From Micavibrio sp. UBA2137 (GTDB lineage: Bacteria > Pseudomonadota > Alphaproteobacteria > Micavibrionales > Micavibrionaceae): DNA of 64,000 bases. Each line of letters begins with the position of its first letter. The first letter of the stretch is position 1. Below the pieces are notes generated by a model. The model had not been told where the DNA came from. It worked only from the letters and a program-made list of their open reading frames with translations, and ran no database searches. Below are positions 63,612-64,000 of the stretch, in pieces. The DNA is taken from NCBI GenBank assembly GCA_002328415.1, contig DCXL01000004.1:32311-96310 (forward strand), given 5' to 3'. The position numbers and the translations under genes are program-made.

Positions 63612-64000
63612 ATTGTTTGTCTTAAGCGCGGCAACGCCCGGCAGGTCTTTACCTTCCAGCCATTCGAGAAACGCTCCACCTGCTGTTGAGATATAGCTGA
63701 ATTGGTCAAGTACTTTGGCCATTTTAAGTGCTGAAACGGTATCGCCTCCACCAGCAACAGAGCACAATTTGCCAGCCTGTGTGCGTTTGCCTGCATAAGA
63801 AGCAAGCGCCACTGTGCCCTTCTCAAACGGTTCAATCTCAAAGGCACCCATTGGGCCATTCCAAACAAGGGTTTTGCTGTTATCAACGGCTTGCTTACAA
63901 ATTTCAATTGTTTGTGGGCCTGCATCCAAAACCATCATGTCGGCAGAGATTTTATCTATGGTCACGGTTTCATGAACGCAATTTGCTTCAAATTTTTCTG
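63597..64000 (-). CDS. pgk: Phosphoglycerate kinase, C-terminal fragment (continues past the window edge)
   Basis: Conserved C-terminus ...LDAGPQT...LVWNGPMGAFE...SVAGGGDTV...SYISTAGGAFLEWLEGK.LPGV. The frame stays open to position 64000. Confidence 0.9.
   Translation of the reverse strand, partial: EKFEANCVHETVTIDKISADMMVLDAGPQTIEICKQAVDNSKTLVWNGPMGAFEIEPFEKGTVALASYAGKRTQAGKLCSVAGGGDTVSALKMAKVLDQFSYISTAGGAFLEWLEGKDLPGVAALKTNNKKAA

Noticed and set aside
1-64000. CRISPR arrays, IS elements, prophage or toxin-antitoxin/defence modules
   Set aside because: I saw no repeat-spacer periodicity, no transposase, integrase or recombinase ORFs, and no nuclease/helicase/methylase combinations in any frame. 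The accessory content is surface- and envelope-related instead.

Overview
This is a 64-kb, densely coding chromosomal window of roughly mid-40s % GC (judged by eye). The housekeeping backbone includes carA/carB, dnaG-rpoD, rpsD, gltX, nadE, gor, lpxK-waaA, ffh-rpsP-rimM-trmD-rplS, dapF-mtaB-ftsY, amn and pgk. An olsB/olsA-like ornithine-lipid pair, a DUF2336-like gene, extended S16/Ffh tails and a perfect CtrA-type box suggest an alphaproteobacterial host, but that is inference only. There are two tRNAs (anticodons CAT and ACG). I saw no rRNA, CRISPR array, transposase, integrase or phage genes. The standout feature is a ~16.5-kb block of 14 same-strand genes at 31146-47675 encoding a type IV pilus machine of mixed character. 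It contains a PilB/MshE-like ATPase, a PilC platform, a fused PilM-PilN-like protein, PilO- and PilP-like proteins, PilT plus PilU retraction ATPases, a lipoprotein MshL-like secretin and one large pilin. Three aspects of this block are unusual: (i) an ABC transporter is split across the cluster, and its permease is translationally coupled to the secretin; (ii) the prepilin-peptidase homolog keeps the four-Cys N-terminal domain but appears to lack both catalytic aspartates; (iii) the PilB N-terminus has an acidic extension followed by a tandem MshEN-type motif. An inverse-autotransporter-like adhesin lies directly upstream of the block, and a degenerate HD-GYP protein lies downstream. Other accessory-looking items are a pair encoding a peptidoglycan-binding-repeat protein and an SGNH hydrolase, both without signal peptides, beside a tRNA; a secreted Cys-rich glycine-zipper protein; and a beta-carbonic anhydrase inserted between carA and carB. 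All functional calls rest on motif recognition in the translated ORFs. No database search was run.
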